From a bacterium (GTDB lineage Bacteria; UBA8248): a stretch of 64,000 nt of DNA. This document shows, in pieces, positions 1-7,995 of the stretch (its first letter is position 1; each line of letters begins with the position of its first letter). The notes below the pieces were generated by a model. It worked only from the letters and a program-made list of their open reading frames with translations. It did not search any database and was not told the origin of the DNA. The position numbers and the translations under genes are program-made. The DNA is taken from positions 42,840 through 106,839 of the forward strand of contig JAJDYR010000011.1 in assembly GCA_022825065.1 (NCBI GenBank), given 5' to 3'.

Positions 1-461
1 AGGTCCTCGACCTGAGCGCCCACCTTGTCGAGCGACTCCCGGATGGGAGTGACGAGGGTTTCCACCGCCTTCTGGCGCGCTTCGAGGTCGCCCCTGGCCT
101 CGCTCTGGAATTTCTCGAGCGTCGACTTGGCCAGATCGAGAAAGGAAGCGTTGTTGCTCTTTAAGGCGTCGGCGCTCAGCGCGCCGAAGCTCTCGCGCAT
201 CTCCTCGGTCGCGCGGCGAAGCAGGTCGATCTTCTCCTCAGCCGATTTCCGCTCGTGCGCCAGATCGGACTCGAGGCGCGCCACGTCCGACCTCAAGCCC
301 ATGTTCTTTTCAAGCTCCGCGGCGTGCGCCGCCTGCGCGTCCGCCTTTTCCATCTCGGCGTTGCGCAGCATCGTGGACAAGGCGGAAACCCGCGTCCTCA
401 CGACGAACCAGAAACACAAGACGAGAGCGGCGGCTCCCAAGGCGACGTGCCAGATTTCCAT
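1..461 (-). CDS. rmuC: DNA recombination protein RmuC, N-terminal part (gene continues beyond the left edge)
   Basis: The minus-strand frame from ATG (complement of 459-461) reads MEIWHVALGAAALVLCFWFV (TM helix) ...ESFGALSADALKSNNASFLDLAKSTLEKFQSEARGDLEARQ, the typical RmuC N-terminal region. It is absent from the ORF track because there is no stop inside the window. The + ORF 25..609 is its antisense shadow. Confidence 0.75.
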   Translation of the reverse strand, partial: MEIWHVALGAAALVLCFWFVVRTRVSALSTMLRNAEMEKADAQAAHAAELEKNMGLRSDVARLESDLAHERKSAEEKIDLLRRATEEMRESFGALSADALKSNNASFLDLAKSTLEKFQSEARGDLEARQKAVETLVTPIRESLDKVGAQVED

Positions 462-588
462 GCGGGGGATTCTCCCTGGAGCGGTAATTTCTCGTGGCGG
501 GCGATGTTCGGAAATTCTGCCCGGTAGTATATCAGGGTTCGCGGAAAAATGCGCACCGGGCGGAAGCGCGGCGCATCCAGGCTGCAAC

Positions 589-795
589 GGGGTGGTGAAA
601 ACGCCCTGATTATCAGGGGATGAAGGCAACCCCCCTAGCCCCCCTTGACAGGGGGGTAAAAAAAACCAATACACCGGCGAGGAGGGAACAAGAAAAAAAG
701 ATGGCCTCCCCCCGATAGGGGGGAACAACAAAAAGACCCGCCTTGTCAGGGGGGTAAGGGGTGTGCCCTTTGGAAAAGGCTTTTTCAACAATCCC
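589..795. repeat. TIR-bounded mosaic palindromic element E1 (degenerate left end; C-rich core variant)
   Basis: Left end ggtggtgaaaacgcc (degenerate), right end ggctttttcaacaatcc. The core caacccccctagccccccttgacagggggg ... ccttgtcagggggg encloses a CCCCCC-GATA-GGGGGG hairpin. On the minus strand, U-rich tracts follow the hairpins. Confidence 0.75.
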
Positions 796-863
796 TCGGC
801 GAAGCGCGCGGCTTTTCCGGACTACACGGAGCCAAGGTTCCATTGCTCCCCGCCTCCGGGAAA

Positions 864-1139
864 TCATTCTTCCTCGAGGCGCACGGCGGCGTCGATCAGG
901 ATGCGGTAGATCTGCTTGAGGACATCGGGCGGGCACGGACCCTCGTTGCCGTCCAGCACCCTGGCGAGCACCTCGCCCTCGCGCGCTTCGTCCTTGACGG
1001 CGATGCCGCGCGCGCTCTTGTATTCACCGACTTCGAGACAAATTTTGAGCCGATCGTTGATGAAGCGGACGATCTCCGCATCGCACGCATCAATCCGCTC
1101 CCTGAAACCGGACAACCCATCCGCCATGCCGCGCTCCAT
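864..1139 (-). CDS. Chorismate mutase (AroQ class, monofunctional)
   Basis: 91 aa. RERIDACDAEIVRFINDRLKICLEVGEYK...DEAREGEVLARV...LKQIYRILIDAAVRLE matches the helical AroQ chorismate mutase pattern. Confidence 0.75.
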   Translation of the reverse strand: MERGMADGLSGFRERIDACDAEIVRFINDRLKICLEVGEYKSARGIAVKDEAREGEVLARVLDGNEGPCPPDVLKQIYRILIDAAVRLEEE

Positions 1140-1376
1140 TTTTAAGAACGTAATCGAAACGGAAACGGCATTATACCACGATTCGCGGTGGTTTCATTCC
1201 CGCGGACCCGAATCTTGCGAAACACCCCCGGAAAGCCTTTCCCGATGCGCAAAGCGCTTGCGAGCGGCGCGTTTTTCATTGCCGCAGGCAGCGTGAATTT
1301 GGTATCTTGCCCCCATGCGACGCACGAATTTTTTCGCTATCGATGTACATTCTCTCCCGAAAAAGGAGTCCTTCAC

Positions 1377-3221
1377 ATGCTTCGTCATTTTCATCTGCTC
1401 CTCGTCATCGTTTTCGTTCTCACTCTGGGATTCGCCGGGAGCGCCTCGGCGCAGAGTTTCTCCGACGTCGTCGTGTTCGGCGACAGCCTGAGCGATTCGG
1501 GCAACGCGGCCCTGGCGAACGGGTTGCCCGCGGGCAACAGCTTCACTACGAACCCCGACCCCGTCTGGGCCGAGGTCGTCGCGGGGGCCTTCGGCGCGTC
1601 GGGGAACAACTCGCTCGCGGGCGGGCCGAACTACGCCTTCGCAGGCGCCTGCGTGAACCCGGCCACGCCCTGTACGCAAGACATCGTGCCGACGGTGACG
1701 GAGCAGATCGACTCGCACCTCTCCGCACGAGGCGGAAGCGCCGACCCGAACGCGCTCTACGCCGTCTGGGGCGGCGCGAACGACGTCGCCGACTCCGCGC
1801 TGAACGACACCCCCAACGCGCTGGGCCACGTTCTGGCGGCCGCGGACGCCGCCGTCGCGCAAGTCCAACGTCTGCGCGAAGCCGGCGCGCGTATCGTCGT
1901 CGTGTCCAACGTACCCGACATCTCCCTGGCACCCTACGCCGTCAACCAGGGCCCGCTCGCCCAGGGCGCGCTGGGCGCGCTGGCCGGCGAATACAACAGG
2001 AAACTCGACGCCGGCATCCGCGAGGGTGAAGACGGCGTCGTCCCCGTCAACCTCCACGCCCTGATCCGTGAAATCGCCGCAAACCCCGGTACGTACGGCT
2101 TCACCAGCGTCACCGGAACGGCCTGCGGGGCGCCGAACGCGGACAGCGCGGTCTCCATCCTGTGCGGACCCGAGGGTTCCCCCTCTCCCGTGACCTATGC
2201 GCCCGGCGCCAATCAAACGCACCTGTTCGCGGACCGCAGCCACCCGAGCGGCGCGGGGCACGCGATGATGGCGGCTCTGGCCACCTCCGCGCTCGCGGCC
2301 CCGCTGCAGGTTTCGCTCGCGGGCGAGGCGGGCGCGGAGGCCGCGGAGGCTCACCACGGCGTCATTTCGGCGGAGCGGGCCGCGGATTTCGCGCTGCCCG
2401 TCGGGAGCTGGCGCGGCTATGCGCGGGGCGGGTTCGGCGCGGGCGAGCCGGGCGCTTTCGCGCGTCTCGGGGAAATCGATTCCGGCATGACCGTCATTAC
2501 CCTGGGCGCGGGCCACCGCGCAGGGCCGAACCTCTCATGGGGCGCTGCGCTGAGCGTCGCCAGCCACGAGAACGAACTCACGGGCGCGAACCTGGATAGC
2601 GACGTGGCGCTCGGCTCGCTGCACGGCGCATGGCGCAGCGGCGGGCTCCAGGTGAGCATCGCCCTGAGCCTCGGCCAGACGTCGGTGGACGTAGAGCGTA
2701 CGGTCACCCTCGGAGCGTTGACGCGCGTCGAGCGCGGCTCCACCGAAGCCGCCCAGTTCGGGGGCGAATTCGAGCTGGCATGTACAATGGGAGCTTCCGG
2801 GACTCTCCGGCATGGGCCGTTTTTCGGTCTCTCGCTGCTCAATCAGGAGGTCAAGGGCTACCGGGAGAGCGGGAATTCCTCGACCGCGATGAATTTTTCG
2901 GACTTCTCGCGCAACTCGCTCATCGCGCGCGGCGGCTACCGCTTCGGCTGGAGCGTCGGTGGATTTCTCCCCTATGCCCGCATCGCCTATGAACGCGAAC
3001 TCGAGGACGAGCCCATCCGCGTCTCGGCGGGTTCGAACACCATGCCCGGGCGCTTCACGCTTCCCGGCTTCGAGCCTGCGGCCAGCGCCGTGAGCGCAGA
3101 CTTAGGGCTGAGCACGAAACTCGGCGAGCGCATGAGCGGCCACCTGGGCTACTCCGGACGCTTCGGCGAAGACTCGCGCCGCAGCCACCGTCTCTCGCTG
3201 GCTTTGCGGATGGTGTTTTGA
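1377..3221 (+). CDS. GDSL/SGNH esterase autotransporter (EstA-like)
   Basis: ATG at 1377 follows aaaggag. Signal peptide MLRHFHLLLVIVFVLTLGFAGSASA, GDSL block VVVFGDSLSDSGN, and a C-terminal beta-barrel region ending ...LSLALRMVF (terminal Phe). The track start at 1188 adds a non-coding-looking leader. Confidence 0.85.
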   Translation: MLRHFHLLLVIVFVLTLGFAGSASAQSFSDVVVFGDSLSDSGNAALANGLPAGNSFTTNPDPVWAEVVAGAFGASGNNSLAGGPNYAFAGACVNPATPCTQDIVPTVTEQIDSHLSARGGSADPNALYAVWGGANDVADSALNDTPNALGHVLAAADAAVAQVQRLREAGARIVVVSNVPDISLAPYAVNQGPLAQGALGALAGEYNRKLDAGIREGEDGVVPVNLHALIREIAANPGTYGFTSVTGTACGAPNADSAVSILCGPEGSPSPVTYAPGANQTHLFADRSHPSGAGHAMMAALATSALAAPLQVSLAGEAGAEAAEAHHGVISAERAADFALPVGSWRGYARGGFGAGEPGAFARLGEIDSGMTVITLGAGHRAGPNLSWGAALSVASHENELTGANLDSDVALGSLHGAWRSGGLQVSIALSLGQTSVDVERTVTLGALTRVERGSTEAAQFGGEFELACTMGASGTLRHGPFFGLSLLNQEVKGYRESGNSSTAMNFSDFSRNSLIARGGYRFGWSVGGFLPYARIAYERELEDEPIRVSAGSNTMPGRFTLPGFEPAASAVSADLGLSTKLGERMSGHLGYSGRFGEDSRRSHRLSLALRMVF

Positions 3222-3233
3222 GGGCGAAGAAAA

Positions 3234-4295
3234 TCAGGGAGCGCCGCCGAGGCAGGGAGAGACTTCGCGGATGAAGCGCTCGGCCACGGCGCGCCAGGTG
3301 TAAGCGGCTGCGCGCTCTATTCCGCGCCGGCCCAGTTCATCGCGCAACTCCTTGTTCTTCAGCAGGTTGATGAGCGCATCGGCAAGGGCGACCTCATCCC
3401 CCGGCGGCAGCAGGACGCCCGCGTCAGCCACGATCTCGGGCGCCGCCGCCACTTCGAGCGCCACCACGGGCAGTCCCGCCGCCATGGCTTCGAGATATGC
3501 GATGCCGAAACCCTCCTGAAGCGACGGCAGGCAGAAAACGTCCGCCGCAGCGTATTCCCGGCGCACGGCCTCATCGCCGGGCACCTCGCCCAGGAGCGTC
3601 ACGGCGTTCTCGAGGCCCAGCCTGCCCACCTGTTTTTCAAGGCGCTTCAAAGACGGCCCGCCACCCACGACGCGCAGCTTCGCACCGGGCGCGGCCTCAA
3701 GCACCCTCGGCATGGCCCCGATGAGGCTTTTGGTGTTCTTCCGGGGGTATTGACGCGCCACGGAGAGGATGGTGCGGCCAGTGGGACGCTTCGTCTCGCG
3801 GACATGCTCCCAATGGGCCGGATGGATCCCGTTGCCCACGACGCCGACTTTCTCCGCCGGCAGTCCATACGCCTCGCAGGCCACGCCCCGGCTGTATTCG
3901 CTGGTGACGATGACCCTGTCGGCGCGATGCGCGTTGGCGCGTTCGAGATGGGAGAGCGCGCGCAGGTACTGGCGCGGCGCGCCGCGTTCGAACCGCATCT
4001 CATCGGCCGAGATTCCGTGCAGATAGACGATGAAGGGGGTTTCCATGCTCAGATCGAAGCCGTCGATGTCGAAACCCACGATGAGGTCGAAGCCGTCGGG
4101 CGATACCCGATCTTTGAGCTCCAGGTTATACAGCAGCCTCTGGAGCAGGAGGCTCGATGCGCGCTCGTCCGGGCCGATGATCTCCACCGCGTGCCCGTTC
4201 GCTTCCAGCCCGCCCGCCAGGCCCGTGATGGCCGCCGCCGTGCCCGAGCCCTTCGCAACTTCGAGGGTCCAGGAGTTCAAAAAAGCGATCCGCAA
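3234..4295 (-). CDS. Glycosyltransferase family 4 (GT-B)
   Basis: TTG start preceded by GGGAGAGGAA. MRIAFLNSW..., with the C-terminal EX7E region LPSLQEGFGIAYLEAMAAGLPVVA. Confidence 0.8.
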   Translation of the reverse strand: MRIAFLNSWTLEVAKGSGTAAAITGLAGGLEANGHAVEIIGPDERASSLLLQRLLYNLELKDRVSPDGFDLIVGFDIDGFDLSMETPFIVYLHGISADEMRFERGAPRQYLRALSHLERANAHRADRVIVTSEYSRGVACEAYGLPAEKVGVVGNGIHPAHWEHVRETKRPTGRTILSVARQYPRKNTKSLIGAMPRVLEAAPGAKLRVVGGGPSLKRLEKQVGRLGLENAVTLLGEVPGDEAVRREYAAADVFCLPSLQEGFGIAYLEAMAAGLPVVALEVAAAPEIVADAGVLLPPGDEVALADALINLLKNKELRDELGRRGIERAAAYTWRAVAERFIREVSPCLGGAP

Positions 4296-4311
4296 GCCGT
4301 TCCTCTCCCGA

Positions 4312-4343
4312 TAAACAAAAGAGGGCGCAACCCCGCGCCCTCT
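4312..4343 (-). terminator. Intrinsic terminator-like hairpin downstream of the pterin dehydratase gene
   Basis: Minus strand: AGAGGGCGC-ggggtt-GCGCCCTCT followed by TTTGTTTAT. A perfect 9-bp GC stem plus a T-tract, 32 nt after the stop at 4375. Confidence 0.6.
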
Positions 4344-4374
4344 TCCATACGATTTCGTGAGGGGGATGCGCCCC

Positions 4375-4707
4375 TTACAACGCCTGGTCCGACTTGGCCG
4401 CGAAGACGAAATCGCTCTCCGTCAAGCCGTCTATCTTGTGCGTCCACACGGTGACCTTCACCTTCCCCCACGCCAGATAGATGTCGGGATGATGCCCCTG
4501 CTCCTCGGCCATCTCGCCCACCCGGTTCGTGAAATCGAGCGCCGACCGGAAATCGGGGAAGCCGTATTCCTTCTCCAGATGGTGCCCGTCCACCACCCGC
4601 CAATCGCCGCCCAGCTGCTCCTGCAGGGCGGAGAGGGCCTCTCCCTCAAGCGGGGGCACGCCGCCTTTGCAAGGCACGCATTCCTTGGCCGCAAGCTCGC
4701 TGCTCAT
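4375..4707 (-). CDS. phhB: Pterin-4-alpha-carbinolamine dehydratase (PCD/DCoH)
   Basis: 110 aa. CVPCKGG...L..W.....HLEKEYGFPDFRSALDFTNRVGEMAEEQGHHPDIYLAWGKVKVTVWTHKIDGLTESDF is the hallmark PCD sequence. Confidence 0.9.
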   Translation of the reverse strand: MSSELAAKECVPCKGGVPPLEGEALSALQEQLGGDWRVVDGHHLEKEYGFPDFRSALDFTNRVGEMAEEQGHHPDIYLAWGKVKVTVWTHKIDGLTESDFVFAAKSDQAL

Positions 4708-4900
4708 CGGTTTCCTGCTCCTCTATAGGGATGAAGATACAACCTGTCGATACGTCTTGAAAAAGGACGGCTCATCATCGCGTCTTTCCCAAAAAGCCGC
4801 AAGGCCGCGTCACGCGCTCCTGAGCGCGGGCTGCGCCCCGCAGAGGTTTCGCCGGTTACGAGAGCGCCGGAAACAGAGCCGGGCCTCCCGCCAACCCCTT

Positions 4901-5270
4901 GCGCAAATGCGGGAAGTTGCGGGCAAATGCGCGGGAGCCGGAAAACTTTTTTTGCCGCTGAATCTGAGTGCGCGACGCTCAGATTTATATGATAACTCTT
5001 TGTATTAAAATCAGTTAAATAATAAGAAATTTCCCGAAATTTATCGAAAAACCCCGTGAATTTATCGAATTTTATCGAAAATATCATTATTTTTATTATC
5101 GCCGTTATCCTCGAACCCATGAACATGATTTCTCTCCTCAAAACGATTTCCGCCCTTTCCCGATGACGGCGCGCGGGCGGCGATTGCCGCTTTCCTTCGC
5201 CGCGCGCACGATACCCGAGTCCGTGGTTTCAGGGAGTACGGCAATTGCGGGAAAATGCGGGGGAAATTTC
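4901..5270 (-). repeat. Iteron-bearing element, copy A (inverted relative to copy B at 60932-61387)
   Basis: Shares with copy B: phased GCGGG repeats (aaatGCGGGaagttGCGGGcaaatGCGcGGG; ttGCGGGaaaatGCGGGgg), an AT-rich block with three TTATCGAA(A) repeats (5041, 5062, 5072), the string aatttatcgaaaaaccccgtgaatttatc, and ggtatcgtgcgcgcggc. The middle is variable. Confidence 0.8.
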
Positions 5271-5280
5271 GGCCAATGTG

Positions 5281-5472
5281 GGTTTGTTGAAAAAGCCTCC
5301 CTCCTCAGGGGATAAAGGCAACCCCCCCTACCCCCCCTTGACAGGGGGGTATAAAAAGGCGATGCGTCCCCGCCGGGCTGAGGGGGTTTGCTTTTTCTTG
5401 CCCCCCTGACAAGGGGGGGTAGGGGGGGTTGGTTTTATGGGATTTCCCATTCAAGGACTTTTTCAACAGACC
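5281..5472. repeat. TIR-bounded mosaic element E2 (C7TAC7 core 5318-5432)
   Basis: ggtttgttgaaaaagcc ... ggactttttcaacagacc. The core arms gcaaCCCCCCCCTACCCCCCCCTTGACAGGGGGG / CCCCCCTGACAAGGGGGGGTAGGGGGGG enclose tataaaaaggcgatgcgtccccgccgggctgagggggtttgctttttcttg. Confidence 0.85.
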
Positions 5473-5981
5473 CTCAAGGGAGTGAATTTTTACCATCGAC
5501 AGAGGGCAGAGATTTCCGTAGGGGCGGACCTGCGTGTCCGCCCGCCAGGTTCGTCAATCGACCACCATCCCCCTTGCTTCTCCCCGCACATCGGGCGGAG
5601 CGACGGGCGACTCTCCTGCTACGCCGCCCTCGTCAACCTCCTGAACGCCGCCGGCGCGGCGCTTGAACCCAGGGCGTTCCGCGTCCCCGAACCCGGCCCG
5701 TAATGCCCCGCCTGCGGTGATGCTCCGCCGATCTCCCTTTGGGTGCGCCGCATCCGAAGCCCTTCGTTCAGGCGGATGGAACCCGGCGAGTCAAAAGGAT
5801 AGTCATGCGAAAATGAAGACGCCATACCGCTGGTTCATCGAAACGGTGTTGGTTCGGGAGGCATCCCGCGCGGCCCCGCTGAATCACCGGGGCGTACCGG
5901 TTCCCTCCCGCCCGGCGGGTCGAACCGGCCGCCGAAGAACGCATCCGGCCGGTCGGCGTTGACGGCGGATTGAAATGCCGA

Positions 5982-6009
5982 TTGAAAAAATGAGGCGCTC
6001 GATTATAAT
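5982..6009 (+). promoter_or_regulatory. Candidate sigma70 promoter for the MORN-repeat gene
   Basis: TTGAAA (5982-5987), a 16-nt spacer, then TATAAT (6004-6009), about 120 nt upstream of the ATG at 6129. Confidence 0.45.
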
Positions 6010-6128
6010 TGAACGCCTTGGAATCATCTTGAATGCGACACAGCCACGTGGAATGCGGCACAGCCACGCCATTCATCTCTCGCTCTGAACACGGTGCTCG
6101 CCGCGCCGACCGCCGGGAGGGACACGCC

Positions 6129-7934
6129 ATGAAAAAAGCCGTCCTGTTTTGCGCGCTCACCGTTTTTTCCCTAACGGTAAACACGGCATCGGCCGAAGAG
6201 TGCTACCTCGAACTGCGGGGAGGGGTAGGCGCGTGGAAGGGACCGTGCAAGGACGGCGAGGCGTACGGAACCGGCTTTGCAACCTTTCCCAATGGCACCT
6301 ACGCGGGCGAGGCGAAGGACGGCCGCGCGCACGGGCCGGGAAAATGGCGCATGGAGGACGGCCTGTATCTCGAGGGCGAATTCCGAAACGGCGACGTTCA
6401 CGGCCGACATGCGGGGAAAGACGCCCAGGGAAATCCCATCGTGGGCGAACTCCAAATGGGTCAGGACGGAAAGCGTCAGCTTATATTTCTCAGAGATGAC
6501 CGGCAGGCCGACGAGAAGAAGCCTTCGCAAGAAGCCGCATCAGGTGAGTCCCGGCCCGAAGACGCGGGCGAGGCGAAAGCCGCGGCCGGGGAAGCCGCAG
6601 CTTCGGGCGCGGCCGGTGGCGGCGAACCCGAGAGGCAGGTCGAATCCGCCGCCCCCGGTTCTTCGGACTCCCCGGTCGCGGCGACGAGCCCTCCCGGCGA
6701 CGCGGCCGCTACCGCCCCCGCCCCCGCGGCGCCCGCCGCCCGTGAGTGCAGGCTGGAAGCCGACGGCAAGTTCTTCGACTGGTCGGGGCCGTGCAAGGAC
6801 GGCAAGGCGCACGGAAACGGACGGGCGACGCTCTCCGGCGGAATGACCTACACCGGTTCGGCGGAAGACGGAAAACTGGAAGGCTACGGAACCGTTACGT
6901 CCGCGAGCGGACGAATGCTGTACCAGGGCGGCTACAGGGACGGGGCTCCGCACGGCAGGGGGACCTTCCTGGACGATGACGACAGGTATTACGTGTCGGA
7001 TTTCGACGATGGCCATGAGGTCGGCGAGAGGATACCCGCGCAAGACTTCGCCTCCGGCGAGTCTCCACCCGAAAATGCGGGCGATACGGACACCCTGGCC
7101 GGGGGAGACGCCCTTGCGGGTCTGGATGAGGACGGGGACCAGGAGGACGAGGACGGTTACGAGGCGGCCGTGAATGCTCTGGACGGCGGCGGCGGCGTGG
7201 TTCGCGCGGCGATGCCGGATGATGATTACGACGCCAAGCTGACGGAACTGGACAGGAGCGAGGCGCTCGAAATCGAAGCCCGTTTCCGCGAGAAGCAACT
7301 GGAGGCCGAGCGCCGGTCGGAAACCATCAAGGCCGGAATCCGCAAGGAGGAGGCGAAGGCCAAAGAAGCGGAGAAGCTGCGCCGCGACAGGGCGCACGCG
7401 GAAACTCTCAAGGCGTCGGGAATTTTCGAGGACGACTCGGCCTCGGGGCGTGAACAGGAGAGACGGGTGCGTACGCGGAGACGGCGTTCCGGCACGGCCC
7501 TGTTCGGCGGCAGCGGCGGCGCGCAAGGGTCGTTGGAGGATCTGTCTCGAAGGTTGCGCCGGCAGAGGGAAAATTTGGCGCGACAGCGCAGGATCGAACA
7601 ACAAAAGCGCCAGCGGCTTGAGCGGCAGCGCAGGATTGAACGGCAGAGGCGGGAGCGACTTGCGCGTCAGCGCAGGGCCGAACAGCAAAGGCGTGAGCAG
7701 CTCGAGCGGCAGCGAAGGGAACAACAAAAGGAAAGGGAACGACGGGAAAGGCTGGCGCGCCTGGCGCGCGAGCGCGACCGGAAAATCGCCAGTTTACGGA
7801 AAGCGCTCAACCGGGCGTTGGCCAGGTGCAACAGGCTGAAACACGGAAGGAGCGGGTGCAGAAACGGCCAAATACGCTTCTATAACGGAGAGATCCGGAA
7901 TGCGAGACGGAACTACGAAATTTTGTCCAGGTGA
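6129..7934 (+). CDS. Secreted MORN-repeat protein with acidic linker and Arg/Gln/Glu-rich coiled-coil tail
   Basis: ATG at 6129 follows gggaggga. Signal peptide MKKAVLFCALTVFSLTVNTASA. Two modules of CxLE...GPCKDG-AxGxG...YxGexkDGkxhG (MORN-like YxGxxxxGxxxGxG repeats). Tail LARQRRIEQQKRQRLERQRRIERQRRERLARQRRAEQQRREQLERQRREQQ. Confidence 0.7.
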   Translation: MKKAVLFCALTVFSLTVNTASAEECYLELRGGVGAWKGPCKDGEAYGTGFATFPNGTYAGEAKDGRAHGPGKWRMEDGLYLEGEFRNGDVHGRHAGKDAQGNPIVGELQMGQDGKRQLIFLRDDRQADEKKPSQEAASGESRPEDAGEAKAAAGEAAASGAAGGGEPERQVESAAPGSSDSPVAATSPPGDAAATAPAPAAPAARECRLEADGKFFDWSGPCKDGKAHGNGRATLSGGMTYTGSAEDGKLEGYGTVTSASGRMLYQGGYRDGAPHGRGTFLDDDDRYYVSDFDDGHEVGERIPAQDFASGESPPENAGDTDTLAGGDALAGLDEDGDQEDEDGYEAAVNALDGGGGVVRAAMPDDDYDAKLTELDRSEALEIEARFREKQLEAERRSETIKAGIRKEEAKAKEAEKLRRDRAHAETLKASGIFEDDSASGREQERRVRTRRRRSGTALFGGSGGAQGSLEDLSRRLRRQRENLARQRRIEQQKRQRLERQRRIERQRRERLARQRRAEQQRREQLERQRREQQKERERRERLARLARERDRKIASLRKALNRALARCNRLKHGRSGCRNGQIRFYNGEIRNARRNYEILSR

Positions 7935-7995
7935 GTCGCGCCCCGGATACGGAAAACCACGATGGGGATTTCTTTTTGAGAGGGAATAACCGGAA

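Noticed and set aside
25-609. A 194-aa + strand ORF at the left edge
   Set aside because: It is antisense to a frame that reads as a textbook RmuC N-terminus starting at complement 461. The + translation is Ser/Arg/Ala-rich and featureless.
613-936. Short ORFs that translate the repeat elements (for example 613..936, 5305..5496, 27810..28088, 29578..29940, 42435..43031, 52570..53043, 55130..55423, 57319..57972), giving recurring peptides such as PPLSGGQEK, LTRGGRGG and FSTTP
   Set aside because: The recurring peptides are simply the palindromic repeat read in different frames and on both strands. They have no RBS and no consistent frame or length.
1188-1376. The upstream extension of the esterase autotransporter ORF, and similar 5' extensions of 17381..20263, 21012..22646, 23101..24576, 28093..29571, 31520..33379, 34515..35864, 39670..40761, 54056..55330, 61194..62384 and 62827..63321
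   Set aside because: In each case an internal ATG, GTG or TTG with a good Shine-Dalgarno sequence immediately precedes a signal peptide or the conserved N-terminus. The extension either translates repeat DNA or has no coding character.
5041-5079. The TTATCGAAAA iterons in an AT-rich block as DnaA boxes or a replication origin
   Set aside because: The motif differs from the TTATCCACA consensus at key positions. No dnaA, dnaN or gidA-type genes flank it. The block occurs twice in the window in a repeat element.
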